In this document: positions 41,376 to 51,234 of the stretch, one piece after another
Numbering within the stretch: the first letter of the stretch is position 1
Layout of the letters: the number at the start of each line of letters is the position of its first letter
NCBI RefSeq assembly: GCF_910577345.1
Contig: NZ_CAJTMT010000004.1
Location: 75,314 to 139,313, forward strand
DNA length: 64,000 bases
Reading direction: 5' to 3'
DNA from: an uncultured Duncaniella sp.
Lineage (GTDB): Bacteria > Bacteroidota > Bacteroidia > Bacteroidales > Muribaculaceae
The notes under the pieces: generated by a model
The model's database searches: none
The model's input: only the letters and a program-made list of their open reading frames with translations
What the model was told of the DNA's origin: nothing
Position numbers and translations under genes: made by a program

Positions 41376-41392
41376 TCCCCCTTCTCCTCGAA

Positions 41393-42742
41393 ATGAGATT
41401 TATTGAAACAATCCGTAACATCTGGACCATTGAGGAACTGAGAAAACGCATTCTCGTCACTCTTCTGTTGGTGCTCGTTTATCGTCTCGGCTGCTACGTC
41501 GTGCTTCCCGGCATCTCGCCGGAAGATCTCGACGCGCTGTCGAAGTTTACCAACAAGAGCGGTCTGATGCAGCTTCTCGACATGTTCTCGGGAGGTGCGT
41601 TCTCTCAGGCTTCCATCTTTGCTCTGGGTATCATGCCCTACATTACTGCGTCCATCGTGATTCAGCTCCTCGGCATGGTGCTCCCTTCTTTCCAGAAGAT
41701 GCAGAGCGAGGGTGAGAGCGGCCGACAGAAGCTCAGTCAGTACACCCGCTACTTGACCGTGCTGATTCTGCTCCTTCAGGGTCCTGCTTATCTTGTAAAT
41801 CTCCAAGTCCAGGTGAGTGCCGCCACTGGCGGTGCCCACATGGGCTTTTGGACATTGGCATTCCTTACTGTAATCCTTGCAGCCGGCTCCATGTTCATCA
41901 TGTGGCTCGGCGAGCGGATCACTGACCGCGGTATCGGCAATGGTATCTCCTTCATCATCCTTGTAGGTATCATTGCCCGTCTTCCGGGAGCGCTCTTCTA
42001 CGAATTCACCAGCCGTCTCCCGGGTGCCACCGGCAGCCAGGGCGGTCTGATCATGTTCGTTGTAGAGATCATCCTCCTCTTCGCCGTCACAGTCGGTGCT
42101 GTACTTCTCGTGCAGGGCACACGCAAGGTTCCCGTGCAGTATGCAAAGCGTATTGTCGGCAACCGCCAGTATGGAGGCGCCCGCCAGTATATTCCTTTGA
42201 AGGTTAATGCCGCCGGTGTGATGCCCATCATCTTCGCCCAGGCAATCATGTTCATTCCCATCACTCTTGCCGGCTTCGGCAGCTCAGAGGGATCTTCGGG
42301 ATTCTACGCAGCCTTCTCGGATATCAACGGCTTCTGGTATAATCTTGTCTATTTCATCCTCATTGTAGCCTTCACTTATTTCTATACAGCCATCACAGTG
42401 CGTCCCACCCAGATGGCAGAGGATATGAAGCGCAACAATGGTTTCATCCCCGGCGTGAAGCCCGGTAAGAAGACCGCAGAGTATCTCGACTCCATCATGT
42501 CGCGCATCACTCTTCCCGGTTCACTCTTCCTTGGCATCGTGGCCATCCTTCCGGCGTTCGCGCGCTTCTTCGGCATCAGCCAGAACTTCGCGCAGTTCTT
42601 CGGTGGTACTTCCCTTCTGATTCTCGTCGGTGTTGTTCTCGACACCCTCCAGCAGATTGAAAGTCACCTGATGATGCACCACTACGACGGCCTCATGAAA
42701 GATGGCAAGATCAAAGGCCGTACTACCGGTTCGGCATATTAA
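41393..42742 (+). CDS. secY: Preprotein translocase subunit SecY
   Basis: SIFALGIMPYITASI, GIGNGIS, FIPGVKPG, GGTSLLI. Confidence 0.98.
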   Translation: MRFIETIRNIWTIEELRKRILVTLLLVLVYRLGCYVVLPGISPEDLDALSKFTNKSGLMQLLDMFSGGAFSQASIFALGIMPYITASIVIQLLGMVLPSFQKMQSEGESGRQKLSQYTRYLTVLILLLQGPAYLVNLQVQVSAATGGAHMGFWTLAFLTVILAAGSMFIMWLGERITDRGIGNGISFIILVGIIARLPGALFYEFTSRLPGATGSQGGLIMFVVEIILLFAVTVGAVLLVQGTRKVPVQYAKRIVGNRQYGGARQYIPLKVNAAGVMPIIFAQAIMFIPITLAGFGSSEGSSGFYAAFSDINGFWYNLVYFILIVAFTYFYTAITVRPTQMAEDMKRNNGFIPGVKPGKKTAEYLDSIMSRITLPGSLFLGIVAILPAFARFFGISQNFAQFFGGTSLLILVGVVLDTLQQIESHLMMHHYDGLMKDGKIKGRTTGSAY

Positions 42743-42782
42743 TGCTGTTAACTCGATTACCGCAGATTTTTTCATTAGATAA

Positions 42783-43565
42783 ATGATTTATCTTAAGACT
42801 CCAGAAGAAATCGAAAAAGTGCGACAGGCATGCACGCTTGTGAGCCGCACACTTGGCGAAGTGGCCAAGTGGGTGGCTCCGGGCGTGACTACCCGTCACC
42901 TCGACAATATAGCGCGTGAGTTCATGCGCGACAATGGCGGAAAGCCCGCCTGTCTCGGTTACGGAGGTTTTCCGGGCACCCTCTGCATAGAGGTCAATGA
43001 AACCGTCGTCCACGGTTTCCCTTCAGGTTACGAGCTTCGCGACGGCGACATCATCGGTGTCGATACAGTTGTCGAGCTCGACGGTTACAATGGCGACATG
43101 TGCTACACTTTCCCTGTCGGAGAGGTCGCTCCCGAAGTCCTTGCGCTCTGCAAGGTCACTAAGGAGTCGCTCTACAAGGGCATCGCCGCCGCTCAGGAAG
43201 GCAAGCGCATCGGTGATATTGCAAACGCCGTGCAGACCTATTGCGAACGCCACGGCTACACAGTCGTCCGCGAGATGTGTGGCCACGGAATCGGCAAGAA
43301 GATGCACGAGGATCCTGAAGTTCCCAACTATGGTCGTCGCGGTGTAGGACCAGTCCTTAAAAAAGGAATGTGTATCTGCATCGAACCCATGATCAATCTC
43401 GGAAGCCGCAACATCGTCATCGAGAAGGATGGCTGGCAGTGCCGAACAAAGGACCGCAAGCCCTCTGCGCATTATGAGCACACGATCACTATCACGCCCG
43501 AAGGACCGGAGATCCTGACCACATTCGACTATATCGAGGAAGCTCTCGGGGATAGATTCATTTAA
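42783..43565 (+). CDS. map: Methionine aminopeptidase type I
   Basis: NETVVHG, GHGIG..MHEDP, IEPMIN, SAHYEHT. Confidence 0.96.
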   Translation: MIYLKTPEEIEKVRQACTLVSRTLGEVAKWVAPGVTTRHLDNIAREFMRDNGGKPACLGYGGFPGTLCIEVNETVVHGFPSGYELRDGDIIGVDTVVELDGYNGDMCYTFPVGEVAPEVLALCKVTKESLYKGIAAAQEGKRIGDIANAVQTYCERHGYTVVREMCGHGIGKKMHEDPEVPNYGRRGVGPVLKKGMCICIEPMINLGSRNIVIEKDGWQCRTKDRKPSAHYEHTITITPEGPEILTTFDYIEEALGDRFI

Positions 43566-43597
43566 AATTCAAAATCATTTGTTGAAACCAATAAAAC

Positions 43598-43816
43598 ATG
43601 GCAAAACAGGCAGCAATCGAACTTGACGGCACTATCGTCGAAGCATTGTCAAACGCAATGTTCCGCGTCGAGCTTGAAAACGGGCATGAGATCACAGCCC
43701 ACATCTCCGGCAAGATGCGTATGCATTACATCAAAATCCTTCCCGGCGATAAGGTGAAAGTTGAAATGTCACCTTACGATCTCTCGAAGGGCCGCATCGC
43801 TTTCCGCTACAAATAA
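43598..43816 (+). CDS. infA: Translation initiation factor IF-1
   Basis: [18 protein letters not shown]. Confidence 0.98.
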   Translation: MAKQAAIELDGTIVEALSNAMFRVELENGHEITAHISGKMRMHYIKILPGDKVKVEMSPYDLSKGRIAFRYK

Positions 43817-43880
43817 TCGGAAACGCCCTGCACAACAATTTCAAAGATACAATATTCAACTTCAATACACTGATAAACCA

Positions 43881-43997
43881 ATGAAAGTAAGAGCTTCAGT
43901 TAAAAAGCGCACTCCGGACAGCAAGATCGTGCGCCGCAAGGGACGTCTTTACGTCATCAACAAGAAAAACCCTAAATACAAGCAGCGTCAAGGCTAA
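43881..43997 (+). CDS. rpmJ: 50S ribosomal protein L36 (Cys-free type)
   Basis: [38 protein letters not shown]. Confidence 0.96.
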   Translation: MKVRASVKKRTPDSKIVRRKGRLYVINKKNPKYKQRQG

Positions 43998-44118
43998 TGA
44001 GCTGTCCCGCGAAAGCGGATGGCTCTATTGTAGCGTCTTATTAGTTAATATTTCCCAATGATTCCTAATAAGTGTTTCAAATCGCTGTCCAACCGCTTCG
44101 CAGTCAGCAAAAAAGTAT

Positions 44119-44126
44119 TACCTTTG
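44119..44126 (+). promoter_or_regulatory. Alpha-operon internal promoter -7 element
   Basis: TACCTTTG about 32 nt before rpsM; GAAA-loop hairpin at 43999-44025 upstream. Confidence 0.6.
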
Positions 44127-44158
44127 CAAAAATTTTAGTCAAGTAATCAAATTATTAT

Positions 44159-44539
44159 ATGGCAGTAAGAATCGTGGGAGTTGACCTCCCCCAGAACAAA
44201 AGAGGTGAAATCGCCCTGACCTATATTTTTGGTATCGGACGCAGCGCAGCCAAGACCATTCTTGAAAAGGCCGGCGTTGACGTTAATATCAAAGTCAAGG
44301 ATTGGAGCGACGACCAGGCAGCCAAGGTTCGTGAAGTAATCGGCAGCGATTACAAGGTGGAGGGTGACCTTCGCAGCGAAATCCAGCTCAACATCAAGCG
44401 TCTTATGGACATCGGTTGCTACCGTGGCATCCGTCATCGTAACGGTCTTCCCGTGCGTGGCCAGAGCACCAAGAACAACGCCCGTACTCGCAAGGGTCGC
44501 AAGAAAACTGTTGCTAACAAGAAAAAAGCTACTAAATAA
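44159..44539 (+). CDS. rpsM: 30S ribosomal protein S13
   Basis: YIFGIG, GLPVRGQ.TK.NARTRKG. Confidence 0.98.
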   Translation: MAVRIVGVDLPQNKRGEIALTYIFGIGRSAAKTILEKAGVDVNIKVKDWSDDQAAKVREVIGSDYKVEGDLRSEIQLNIKRLMDIGCYRGIRHRNGLPVRGQSTKNNARTRKGRKKTVANKKKATK

Positions 44540-44548
44540 TAAATCAAC

Positions 44549-44938
44549 ATGGCAAAAAAGACAGTCGCAGCTAAGAAACGTAACGTTAAGGTTGACGCCG
44601 CCGGTCAGCTTCACGTTCACTCGTCTTTCAACAACATCATTGTGTGCTTAGCCAACTCTGAAGGTCAGGTTATCTCCTGGTCATCTGCAGGCAAGATGGG
44701 TTTCCGTGGCTCAAAGAAGAACACTCCCTACGCTGCTCAGATGGCAGCTCAGGATTGCGCAAAAGTTGCCTATGACCTCGGCCTCCGCAAAGTGAAGGCT
44801 TATGTCAAGGGTCCCGGCAACGGCCGCGAATCAGCTATCCGTACCGTTCATGGCGCAGGCATCGAAGTTACTGAAATCGTTGACGTAACTCCGCTTCCCC
44901 ACAACGGATGCCGTCCTCCCAAGCGTCGTCGCGTCTAA
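44549..44938 (+). CDS. rpsK: 30S ribosomal protein S11
   Basis: [24 protein letters not shown]. Confidence 0.98.
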   Translation: MAKKTVAAKKRNVKVDAAGQLHVHSSFNNIIVCLANSEGQVISWSSAGKMGFRGSKKNTPYAAQMAAQDCAKVAYDLGLRKVKAYVKGPGNGRESAIRTVHGAGIEVTEIVDVTPLPHNGCRPPKRRRV

Positions 44939-45237
44939 TCTGACCGCGTCATCACGCTTACCGTCGGTCCTCCATGACTTCCCGCTCTTAACTTTCATAT
45001 ATAATTTGAGAAGCAGAGGCCGACACAAAGTAAATTTTGATTCATCAATTTTACACCCGTCCTTAAGTCATCCCCCATTCGCTCTTCCGGCATTTTTACC
45101 TTCCGGCATGAAGCAAGGATGAAGCCATCTGTGAAATAGACCATATTTTTTTCACCTCTCTATGGTCGCGGCTGTCACAAAGGCAGATTCCTCCGGTTTG
45201 ACGATAACAGGACAAACAATTTCAAACAAACACAAAA

Positions 45238-45843
45238 ATGGCAAGATACACAGGTCCCCGCACCAAAATCGCCCGTAAGTTCGGCGAACCCATCTTCGGT
45301 GAAGATAAAGTCCTCGCCAAGAAGAACTATCCCCCGGGCCAGCATGGACTCAACAAAAGAAGAAAAACTTCTGAGTACGGTGTTCAGCTCCGCGAGAAGC
45401 AGAAAGCTAAATACACATACGGCGTGCTCGAAAAGCAGTTCCACAACCTCTTTGACAAAGCATCACGCTCAAAGGGTATCACCGGTGAGATCCTTCTTCA
45501 GCTTCTTGAAGGTCGCCTCGACAACGTAGTTTACCGTCTTGGCATCGCCCCCACCCGTGCAGCTGCCCGTCAGCTCGTCCTTCACCGCCACATCGTTGTC
45601 AACGGTAAGGTTGTCAACATCGCCTCTTACGCTGTTAAGCCCGGCGACGTTATCGGTGTCCGCGAAAAATCAAAGTCTCTCGAAGTAATTGCCGACGCAC
45701 TCGCCGGTTTCAATCACAGCAAATTCCCTTGGCTGGAATGGGACGAAAGCCTCAAGGCTGGTAAGTTCCTCCACGTTCCCGCCCGTGAAGATATTCCCGA
45801 GAACATCAAAGAGCAGCTTATCGTCGAGTTGTATTCTAAATAA
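45238..45843 (+). CDS. rpsD: 30S ribosomal protein S4
   Basis: [25 protein letters not shown]. Confidence 0.98.
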   Translation: MARYTGPRTKIARKFGEPIFGEDKVLAKKNYPPGQHGLNKRRKTSEYGVQLREKQKAKYTYGVLEKQFHNLFDKASRSKGITGEILLQLLEGRLDNVVYRLGIAPTRAAARQLVLHRHIVVNGKVVNIASYAVKPGDVIGVREKSKSLEVIADALAGFNHSKFPWLEWDESLKAGKFLHVPAREDIPENIKEQLIVELYSK

Positions 45844-45860
45844 TCATTAAATTAAGATCC

Positions 45861-46853
45861 ATGGCTATATTAGCATTCCAGAAACCCGACAAAGTCCTCA
45901 TGTTGGAAGCCGACAATCATTTCGGTAAATTTGAGTTTAAGCCATTGGAACCGGGATATGGTATAACCATTGGCAACGCCCTGCGTCGCATCCTTCTCTC
46001 CTCGCTCGAAGGTTTTGCAATTTCGTCGATCCGCATCGACGGTGTAAGACACGAGTTTGACACTATCCCCGGCGTCAAGGAAGATGTCACAAACATCATT
46101 CTTAACCTCAAAAAAGTCAACCTCAAGCAGACGGTTGAAGATACCGACTTCGAAAAGGCTACCATCACTGTGTCAGGTCAGGAAGAGTTCACAGCCGGTG
46201 ACATTAGCAAGGTCCTCTCAGGATTTGAAGTCCTGAACCCTGATCTTGTAATCTGTCATTTGGATCCGAGCGCCAGCTTCACTATCGACCTCACCATCAA
46301 TAAGGGTCGTGGTTGGGTTCCCGCCGAGGAAAACCGTAACGCCAACGACGCTATCGATGTCCTCGCCATTGACTCGATCTACACCCCTATCCAGAACGTG
46401 AAATACACGGTGGAGAACTTCCGCGTTGATCAAAAGACCGACTACGACAAGCTCACACTTGAAATCACCACCGACGGTTCCATTCTTCCCAAGGATGCGC
46501 TTAAGGAAGCTGCGAAAATCCTCATCTATCACTTCATGCTCTTCTCCGACGAAAAGATTACTCTTGAAACGGACGAAGCTGACGGTGAAGAGGAATTCGA
46601 CGAAGAAGTGCTCCACATGCGTCAGCTCCTCAAGAGCAAGCTTGTGGATATGGACCTTTCAGTCCGCGCACTCAACTGCCTTAAGAGCGCCGAGGTTGAG
46701 ACCCTTGGTGAACTGGTGGTCTTCAACAAGACCGACCTCCTGAAATTCCGCAACTTCGGCAAGAAGTCGCTCACCGAGCTTGATGAGCTTCTGGCGAACC
46801 TCAATCTGTCGTTCGGAATGGACATTTCAAAATATAAACTTGATAAAGAGTAA
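45861..46853 (+). CDS. rpoA: RNA polymerase subunit alpha
   Basis: [27 protein letters not shown]. Confidence 0.98.
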   Translation: MAILAFQKPDKVLMLEADNHFGKFEFKPLEPGYGITIGNALRRILLSSLEGFAISSIRIDGVRHEFDTIPGVKEDVTNIILNLKKVNLKQTVEDTDFEKATITVSGQEEFTAGDISKVLSGFEVLNPDLVICHLDPSASFTIDLTINKGRGWVPAEENRNANDAIDVLAIDSIYTPIQNVKYTVENFRVDQKTDYDKLTLEITTDGSILPKDALKEAAKILIYHFMLFSDEKITLETDEADGEEEFDEEVLHMRQLLKSKLVDMDLSVRALNCLKSAEVETLGELVVFNKTDLLKFRNFGKKSLTELDELLANLNLSFGMDISKYKLDKE

Positions 46854-46861
46854 TTATAACG

Positions 46862-47365
46862 ATGAGACATAATAAAAAATTCAATCACCTCAGTCGCAAG
46901 AAGGCTCATCGCGACGCTCTGCTCGCCAACATGACGATTTCGCTGATCATGCACAAGCGCATCTTCACAACTCTCGCCAAGGCTAAAGCTCTCCGCGTCT
47001 ATGCTGAGCCCCTTATCAACCGCGCTAAGGAAGACAGCACTCCCAACCGCCGCCTCGTCTTCGCTCATCTCCAGAACAAGGAGGCCGTGACTGAACTCTT
47101 CCGCGAAATCGCTCAGAAGATTGCTAACCGCCCCGGTGGTTACACCCGCATCCTTAAGACAGGCAACCGTCTCGGTGACAACGCCAAGACTTGCTTCATC
47201 GAGCTCGTTGACTACAACGAAAACATGCTTAAGGACAACGGTGCCAAGAAGTCAACCCGCACCCGTCGTTCTCGCCGTGGTGGCAAGGCCAATGCAGCAG
47301 AAGCTCCCGCAGCAGAAGCTCCCAAGGCTGAGGCACCCGCAGCAGAAGCGCCTGCAGCAGAATAA
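46862..47365 (+). CDS. rplQ: 50S ribosomal protein L17 with Ala/Glu/Pro-rich tail
   Basis: [23 protein letters not shown] repeats at the C-terminus. Confidence 0.97.
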   Translation: MRHNKKFNHLSRKKAHRDALLANMTISLIMHKRIFTTLAKAKALRVYAEPLINRAKEDSTPNRRLVFAHLQNKEAVTELFREIAQKIANRPGGYTRILKTGNRLGDNAKTCFIELVDYNENMLKDNGAKKSTRTRRSRRGGKANAAEAPAAEAPKAEAPAAEAPAAE

Positions 47366-47390
47366 TCTTCTTCAGAAGATAAATTTCATA

Positions 47391-47434
47391 AAAAGCATCG
47401 CTGTCATTTATTCAAGTGGCGGCGATGTTTTTTT
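47391..47434 (+). terminator. Terminator of the ribosomal superoperon
   Basis: GCATCGCTGTCA...TGGCGGCGATGT followed by a T-tract. Confidence 0.75.
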
Positions 47435-47464
47435 CTATCCATATTTTGGCCCTATTCCGCTTTT

Positions 47465-47630
47465 CTCCTCCTCTCATGATCTCCTCCTCCCATGATCTCC
47501 TCCTCCCATGATCTCATGATAGGTCTCATCCTCTTAAGCTATTTCTCCTTTTCTTAAGCTATTTCTCCTCCTCTTATGGCATTTCTGTTTCTTCTCCTCT
47601 TATGACATTTCTGTTTTTTCTCCTCTTAAG
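47465..47630. repeat. Successive pyrimidine-rich tandem repeats
   Basis: 3 x 16 bp (47465-47512), 2 x 20-bp period (47532-47569), 2.4 x 26 bp (47568-47630). Confidence 0.88.
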
Positions 47631-47765
47631 ATGATCACCGAGCGGAATGAAGATTGCCTGTTAAGACTAATCTGTGAGATCGCACCTCGTGCATCTGAGT
47701 GACTATCCTATTCCTCGATTGCAGGAGTGAAGATTGAATATACAAACAATAATGACTTGAATTTT

Positions 47766-48050
47766 ATGAGCCGTTTCACATCCGGTGAACGCCGGGGTTT
47801 GATTGTCCTTATAGTGCTTTTGGGTGCTTTACCGCTGTGGCTTTGCATTAAGTCATTCTTCTTCGGAAGCTCCGGAAGTAAGGATGACGGCGTTGCAGTG
47901 CGATTTGACACGCTTGCAGCGGTGCCTGATACTCTTATTGCCGATTCAGTGAATAAGCGTGTCAGAAGCCCGAAGAAAGCTGTTAAGACTAATGTAAAGA
48001 AGTCGAAACCCGCTGTAGCCCGCAACCCTTTGGATGATGTTGTGAATTGA
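47766..48050 (+). CDS. Small membrane-anchored hypothetical protein
   Basis: ATG 47766; 'FTSGERRGLIVLIVLL' plus TM segment resembles N-termini of Bacteroidales ComEA-like proteins, but no HhH motif is present. Confidence 0.5.
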   Translation: MSRFTSGERRGLIVLIVLLGALPLWLCIKSFFFGSSGSKDDGVAVRFDTLAAVPDTLIADSVNKRVRSPKKAVKTNVKKSKPAVARNPLDDVVN

Positions 48051-48080
48051 ACGAGAAACCCGCGCCGAAAGACTCCCTAA

Positions 48081-48283
48081 CCAAATGGCAATTGGTAGAT
48101 GTAGTCACCACTCCTTGCCAAATGGCAATTGGTAGGCTGCAGGTGATGTAGTCACCACTCTTACCGGATGAACTGTTAGGCTGCGAGGTGATGTAGTCAC
48201 CTCTCCTTGCCGGATGAATTGGTATGCTGCGAGGCGATGTAGCCACCTCTCCTTGCCGGATGGCAACCTGAACGCTGCGAAGC
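48081..48283. repeat. ~4.4 x 45-47-bp degenerate tandem repeat
   Basis: GATGTAGYCACCWCTC core at 48098, 48145, 48190 and 48236. Confidence 0.88.
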
Positions 48284-48396
48284 AGCGGTGCGCTAATAGC
48301 CCCGCATCGAGCGGCACGGCAATGAAGCCCGTAGGGCGAAATTGCGTGCCGTGAAGGTGTGGGGTTATCGGTTGACACACAGAAATGGGCATCGAA

Positions 48397-48434
48397 GATG
48401 TCCGATAATATAATCGATGTCCGATAATATCATC
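48397..48434. repeat. 19-bp tandem duplication
   Basis: GATGTCCGATAATATAATC / GATGTCCGATAATATCATC. Confidence 0.85.
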
Positions 48435-48500
48435 GAGGTATAGACCCACAATCAACTCCGGCATTTATCGATGAATCGGTAAATGAATCTGTGGCGCAAT

Positions 48501-48542
48501 AAAAAAACGTTCCGGCTTGAAATCGTCAAGTCGGAACGCTTT
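48501..48542 (-). terminator. Terminator of the MFS gene
   Basis: A7-CGTTCCGGCTTGA...TCAAGTCGGAACG. Confidence 0.75.
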
Positions 48543-48563
48543 ATATGATTAGCGGGGTGCTTA

Positions 48564-49946
48564 TCAGAGGTTGAGCGCGTCGGGAGTCTCCTCGTCGACG
48601 GGAATGTCGGTGTTGACGTTCTTGCTGCCTACGAGACCGTAGTAGAGAAGATAGGCCAGCATTGCTACAACGAGCCAGTAAGAGGCCATGTAACCGCTTG
48701 ATTTTGCAATTGCGTTCTGGATGAGAGGCATGACACCACCACCGACAACCATCATCATGAAGATACCGGAAGCCTGCGCGGTGTATTTGCCGAGACCTTC
48801 GACTGCAAGGTTGAAGATGCCACCCCACATGATGGAGGTGCAGAGGCCGCAGAGGATAAGGAGGAAGGCGCTGACGGGTACTTGTGCGCCACCTTCATAG
48901 AGGAATTCTGGAACAGGGAAGGTTGTTGTCTTCGGGATGAAGATAGCGAGGACGATAAGGATGATTGCAGTTGTCGACACGGCGATGAGCTGAGTGCGTG
49001 ATGAAACCGAACCGCTGATGAATCCTGAAAGGGTACGTCCGATGAGCATGAAGAGCCAGTAGACGGCTACGATCGCACCGGCGATGGCTGATGCCTGTCC
49101 CTGCACACCTGCGCCGTTTGCGCTCTGGTCAGCGAGGTAGAAGTTGAGAGTGCCGGGGATACCGATTTCGATACCTACATAGAAGAAGATACCGACGACA
49201 CCGAGGACTGTGTGGCGGAAATTCCAGGGTGAATGGGAATATTTGATTTTTTTACCGTTGCTGAGGTTGGGCTCGGGGATTGAAACGAAGCTCAGGATGA
49301 CGAAAGCGACTGCGAAGATGCCGATACCGATGAAAAGGAGGGGATTGACGGCTCCTATCTGAGTCTGCTTACTGAGCACACCGATGAGCATACCGACGAA
49401 AAGCGGTGTAAGGGTGCCGGAAAGTGAATTGAGCGCGCCGCCGAACTGCAGGAGCTGGTTGCCCTTGTTGCCGCCGCCACCGAGAAGGTTGAGCATCGGG
49501 TTGACAACGGTGTTGAGCATACATACGCAGAAACCGCAGATGAAGGCACCGAGAAGATAGATGAAGAAGTTGAGTGTGATGGGGAAGGTTGTCGCTACTC
49601 CCTCGGCATTTGTTGATGAGAAGGTGGTCACGACGCTTTCTGTTCCGACGAAGCTTGAGAGGAACTGAACGAAGAGACCGATGACTCCGACTGCGAGCGC
49701 CCAGAGTGCAGTCTTCTTGTAGCCGATGCGGACGAGCATGTTGCCGGCGGGAATACCCATGAAGAGGTAGGCAAGGAAGTTCATCATGTTGCCCATCATG
49801 CCGAGCACTGAGTTTCCTTCAAACTGATAGCCCCAGATTGTTCCGATAGGAGCTGCCAGGTTTGTCACGAATGAGATCATAGCGTAGATGAAGAACATCA
49901 CCACTATGGCTACTATCCGCGCATTGTTTTTAGCAGTAGTTTCCAT
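48564..49946 (-). CDS. Sugar MFS transporter (FucP/GluP glucose-galactose family)
   Basis: Polytopic; AYLFMGIPAG, RIGYKKT, FFYVGIE, SIMWGGIFNLA, MMVVGGG. Confidence 0.88.
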   Translation of the reverse strand: METTAKNNARIVAIVVMFFIYAMISFVTNLAAPIGTIWGYQFEGNSVLGMMGNMMNFLAYLFMGIPAGNMLVRIGYKKTALWALAVGVIGLFVQFLSSFVGTESVVTTFSSTNAEGVATTFPITLNFFIYLLGAFICGFCVCMLNTVVNPMLNLLGGGGNKGNQLLQFGGALNSLSGTLTPLFVGMLIGVLSKQTQIGAVNPLLFIGIGIFAVAFVILSFVSIPEPNLSNGKKIKYSHSPWNFRHTVLGVVGIFFYVGIEIGIPGTLNFYLADQSANGAGVQGQASAIAGAIVAVYWLFMLIGRTLSGFISGSVSSRTQLIAVSTTAIILIVLAIFIPKTTTFPVPEFLYEGGAQVPVSAFLLILCGLCTSIMWGGIFNLAVEGLGKYTAQASGIFMMMVVGGGVMPLIQNAIAKSSGYMASYWLVVAMLAYLLYYGLVGSKNVNTDIPVDEETPDALNL

Positions 49947-50046
49947 TACGTTGTTTAGGTAGAAAGATTTGTTAATTGATTAGTGAACTTAAATTTTTTA
50001 CTTAGAATTGTTGATTACAAGGTAAGAAGTAAAACCTATGGTTCAG

Positions 50047-50054
50047 CAAAGATA
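50047..50054 (-). promoter_or_regulatory. MFS -7 element
   Basis: Minus strand TATCTTTG. Confidence 0.55.
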
Positions 50055-51039
50055 ATGATTCTTTTTTGATTTTCGCGATAAAGGCTTCTGTTATTATCAT
50101 TCAAAATTGACGAGAGGGAGACTTATTGTACTTTGCGGACCAAAAAGAGTCTGAAAATCCAAGTTTTTTCATGAAAAACGCCTTTGGAGAGGCTGTAATC
50201 ACATTTTTTTGAAAATTTTTAATCAAAAATGGTGGTTGTTTCGTCAACATTATTTATTTTTGTGTCGCAATTCTGTAGACGTTCGTCGTTGTGCCATCTA
50301 CAGCCTGATTTAATCCCGGGTTAGTGGCCGGCTTCAGATAGTCTGACAATCTTGTAAAAAAAATAAACATCCTATTATATAGAAACTGCATAAAAACAAC
50401 AAACCGAAAAAATATAAATAATCTACAAAACTCGAAGGCAATTCATCCTGCCTGATTCAACAACTAATCTACTGAAACGGTCATTCCGCTATCATGAGGA
50501 TTATGCGGACTTTCAATATTTCCATCCCTATTTCCTTGACGATTTTCGGTAAGTTCAAGGCCGTGACATATATCCCATGCAGCCTGTCGTCTTCCGGATT
50601 TTGTCCACCTTCACCCATGAGTTGAGAAGAATGTTTAAATTTGCCACCGGTCTTTGTGACTGATATGGCATACTGTATCCGCTGCAACCGGTCCGATCGT
50701 CCGGGTGCTGTGTTACCCGAAGATATTTTTCCGATGAGGTGTCTGTCAGTCACATCGTCTGCGTGCATATTGCCCGACGGTGTGGATTGCGGAATGCTCG
50801 CTGCAAAAATGGACGCCTCTGTTTTTTGGGCTTCAACTTACGAGCATATAGGATGAGCGCTTTCGACATCGCCGTCCGAAGCCCCCTCCGTATTGTCGTT
50901 CTTCCCGCATCATGCACGAAGGCATGGTAAAAAAGGAAAAGACTGAAAATTTTGATTCCGCTGTAAAGCGGGATTAAAGCATAGGTGATAATCCTCTTTG
51001 TGAAAAGCGGTGCATCTATTATTTGTTACTATTGTGTGT

Positions 51040-51075
51040 CGAATTCCTTGTCATCATGACAAGGAATTCGTTTTT
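51040..51075 (+). terminator. Intrinsic terminator with no obvious upstream CDS
   Basis: CGAATTCCTTGTCAT-c-ATGACAAGGAATTCG followed by TTTTT. Confidence 0.7.
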
Positions 51076-51234
51076 AATTTGTATATTTGCCTCATATTAA
51101 TACGTATTTAAATCATATTAATAGCCGTTTGCACTATTTCTGAGCAAATATCCTTATATTTGTACTGCTAATCCTTAATAGATAACGATACCATTTTTAA
51201 CCGAATCATTTATTCTAATAATACTTTATAATCA

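Noticed and set aside
43881..43997. Zinc-free L36 and S14
   Set aside because: Common forms in Bacteroidota, not unusual.
47296..47362. 15-bp repeats in the rplQ 3' end
   Set aside because: Encode the low-complexity EAPAA tail often seen on Bacteroidota L17.
48081..48283. CRISPR array
   Set aside because: Inter-core segments are homologous to each other and there are no cas genes.
50302..50365. SAM-II-like riboswitch (AGCC-TGATTTAA...GGCT...AAAAA)
   Set aside because: Lacks the UUGC and GCUAAA elements and has no methionine-related gene downstream.
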